This document shows positions 63,374-64,000 of a DNA stretch of 64,000 nt, piece after piece; positions within the stretch are counted from its first letter, which is position 1, and every line of letters starts with the position of its first letter. Under the pieces are notes generated by a model, which was given only the letters and a program-made list of their open reading frames with translations, was not told the origin of the DNA and made no database searches. The position numbers and the translations under genes were made by a program. This stretch comes from Phoronis australis (lineage: Eukaryota; Animalia; Phoronida), in NCBI GenBank assembly GCA_002633005.1, contig NMRA01000055.1, positions 124,001 to 188,000 on the forward strand, written 5' to 3'.

Positions 63374-63791
63374 CACTGATGAGAGTCAAAACATTACGAC
63401 CGACGAAAAGTTCTAATCCAACCAAATAAACATCATACACACTATCACAAAAAATTAAAATTATTGAGAACTTTCTTGAAAATGTCAAAGAGAAACGGTC
63501 ATACAAAGCAAAATGCCTTACAAATAATGGTCATTAAACTTTTAGCCCAAACAAGAAAAAATCAACAATAAATAACCCAATTCCAAGAGCAACTGTTATG
63601 TATACTTGCCTCAGTAAGACATTGGCACAATTAACCCGAAAAGAAGAAAACATTGGGTTAAATGCGACATAGAAGTACTTCAAGCTCTTATCTAGTGGGT
63701 TACTTGGAGGGGACACAACTGATAAAAAGATCTGGGCTGTGATTACATTATGCACAGATATATCCTCAGCACAAATGTTGCAATGAATTAA

Positions 63792-64000
63792 AGGAGAATG
63801 CCACCCGATTTAATAAGTCTTTTTTGCCGTCTTAATCGGTCTATATCCACATCGCCTTGCATACGGTCGACCTTACCTTGCCGAGAGGTGTCACGTTAAC
63901 CTGTGAAAAAGGTGAGAAATGACGCAGCGACATCAGTGGTTCATTTGCAGAGTGAATGTCGCTAGGTTGCGGTGCATCGTTCCCGCTTGTCCGAACTAAG
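63792..64000. mobile_element. Probable left end of a Kolobok-like element running out of the window
   Basis: TTAA|AGGAGAATGCCACC resembles the TTAA|TGGAGAAAGCAACC end at 41559. The other end is not in the window. Confidence 0.4.

Noticed and set aside
63376-63420. CTGATGA...GAAA hammerhead-like spacing
   Set aside because: Stem II is weak, and stems I and III cannot be formed.
63877-63900. 24-nt micro-exon-like segment with good splice sites on the minus strand
   Set aside because: It lies inside a probable Kolobok end and cannot be tied to the host gene without transcripts; at most a 5' UTR exon.

Overview
This is AT-rich eukaryotic genomic DNA from a draft assembly with two N-gaps and single-N joins. 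It is most likely a marine invertebrate; the lophotrochozoan-like repeat content is an inference. Four protein-coding loci can be rebuilt by hand: (1) a multi-exon mitochondrial DEAD-box helicase, DDX28 (+, 7630-19493, first exon uncertain); (2) a SUEL/galactose-binding-lectin-like single-pass membrane protein (-, ~26046-27221) with decayed-looking downstream exons; (3) an intronless DUF229 alkaline-phosphatase-superfamily type II membrane protein (-, 31049-33070); (4) an 11-exon, 553-aa type II membrane protein (-, 40749-58519). Gene 4 has a class-A-scavenger-receptor-like layout (tyrosine-motif-rich tail, TM, coiled coil, very short collagen) but ends in a small 6-Cys domain that is neither SRCR nor C-type lectin. 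Introns and intergenic DNA hold many non-autonomous transposons (hAT5-like MITEs with 5-bp TSDs, CMC/EnSpm-like, Kolobok-like with a THAP relic, Helentron HINEs), Penelope-like relics with minimal hammerhead ribozymes (one with an intact core nested inside a DNA-transposon MITE), and minisatellites. Two local duplications beside assembly joins look allelic. No CRISPR, rRNA or intact tRNA was found.
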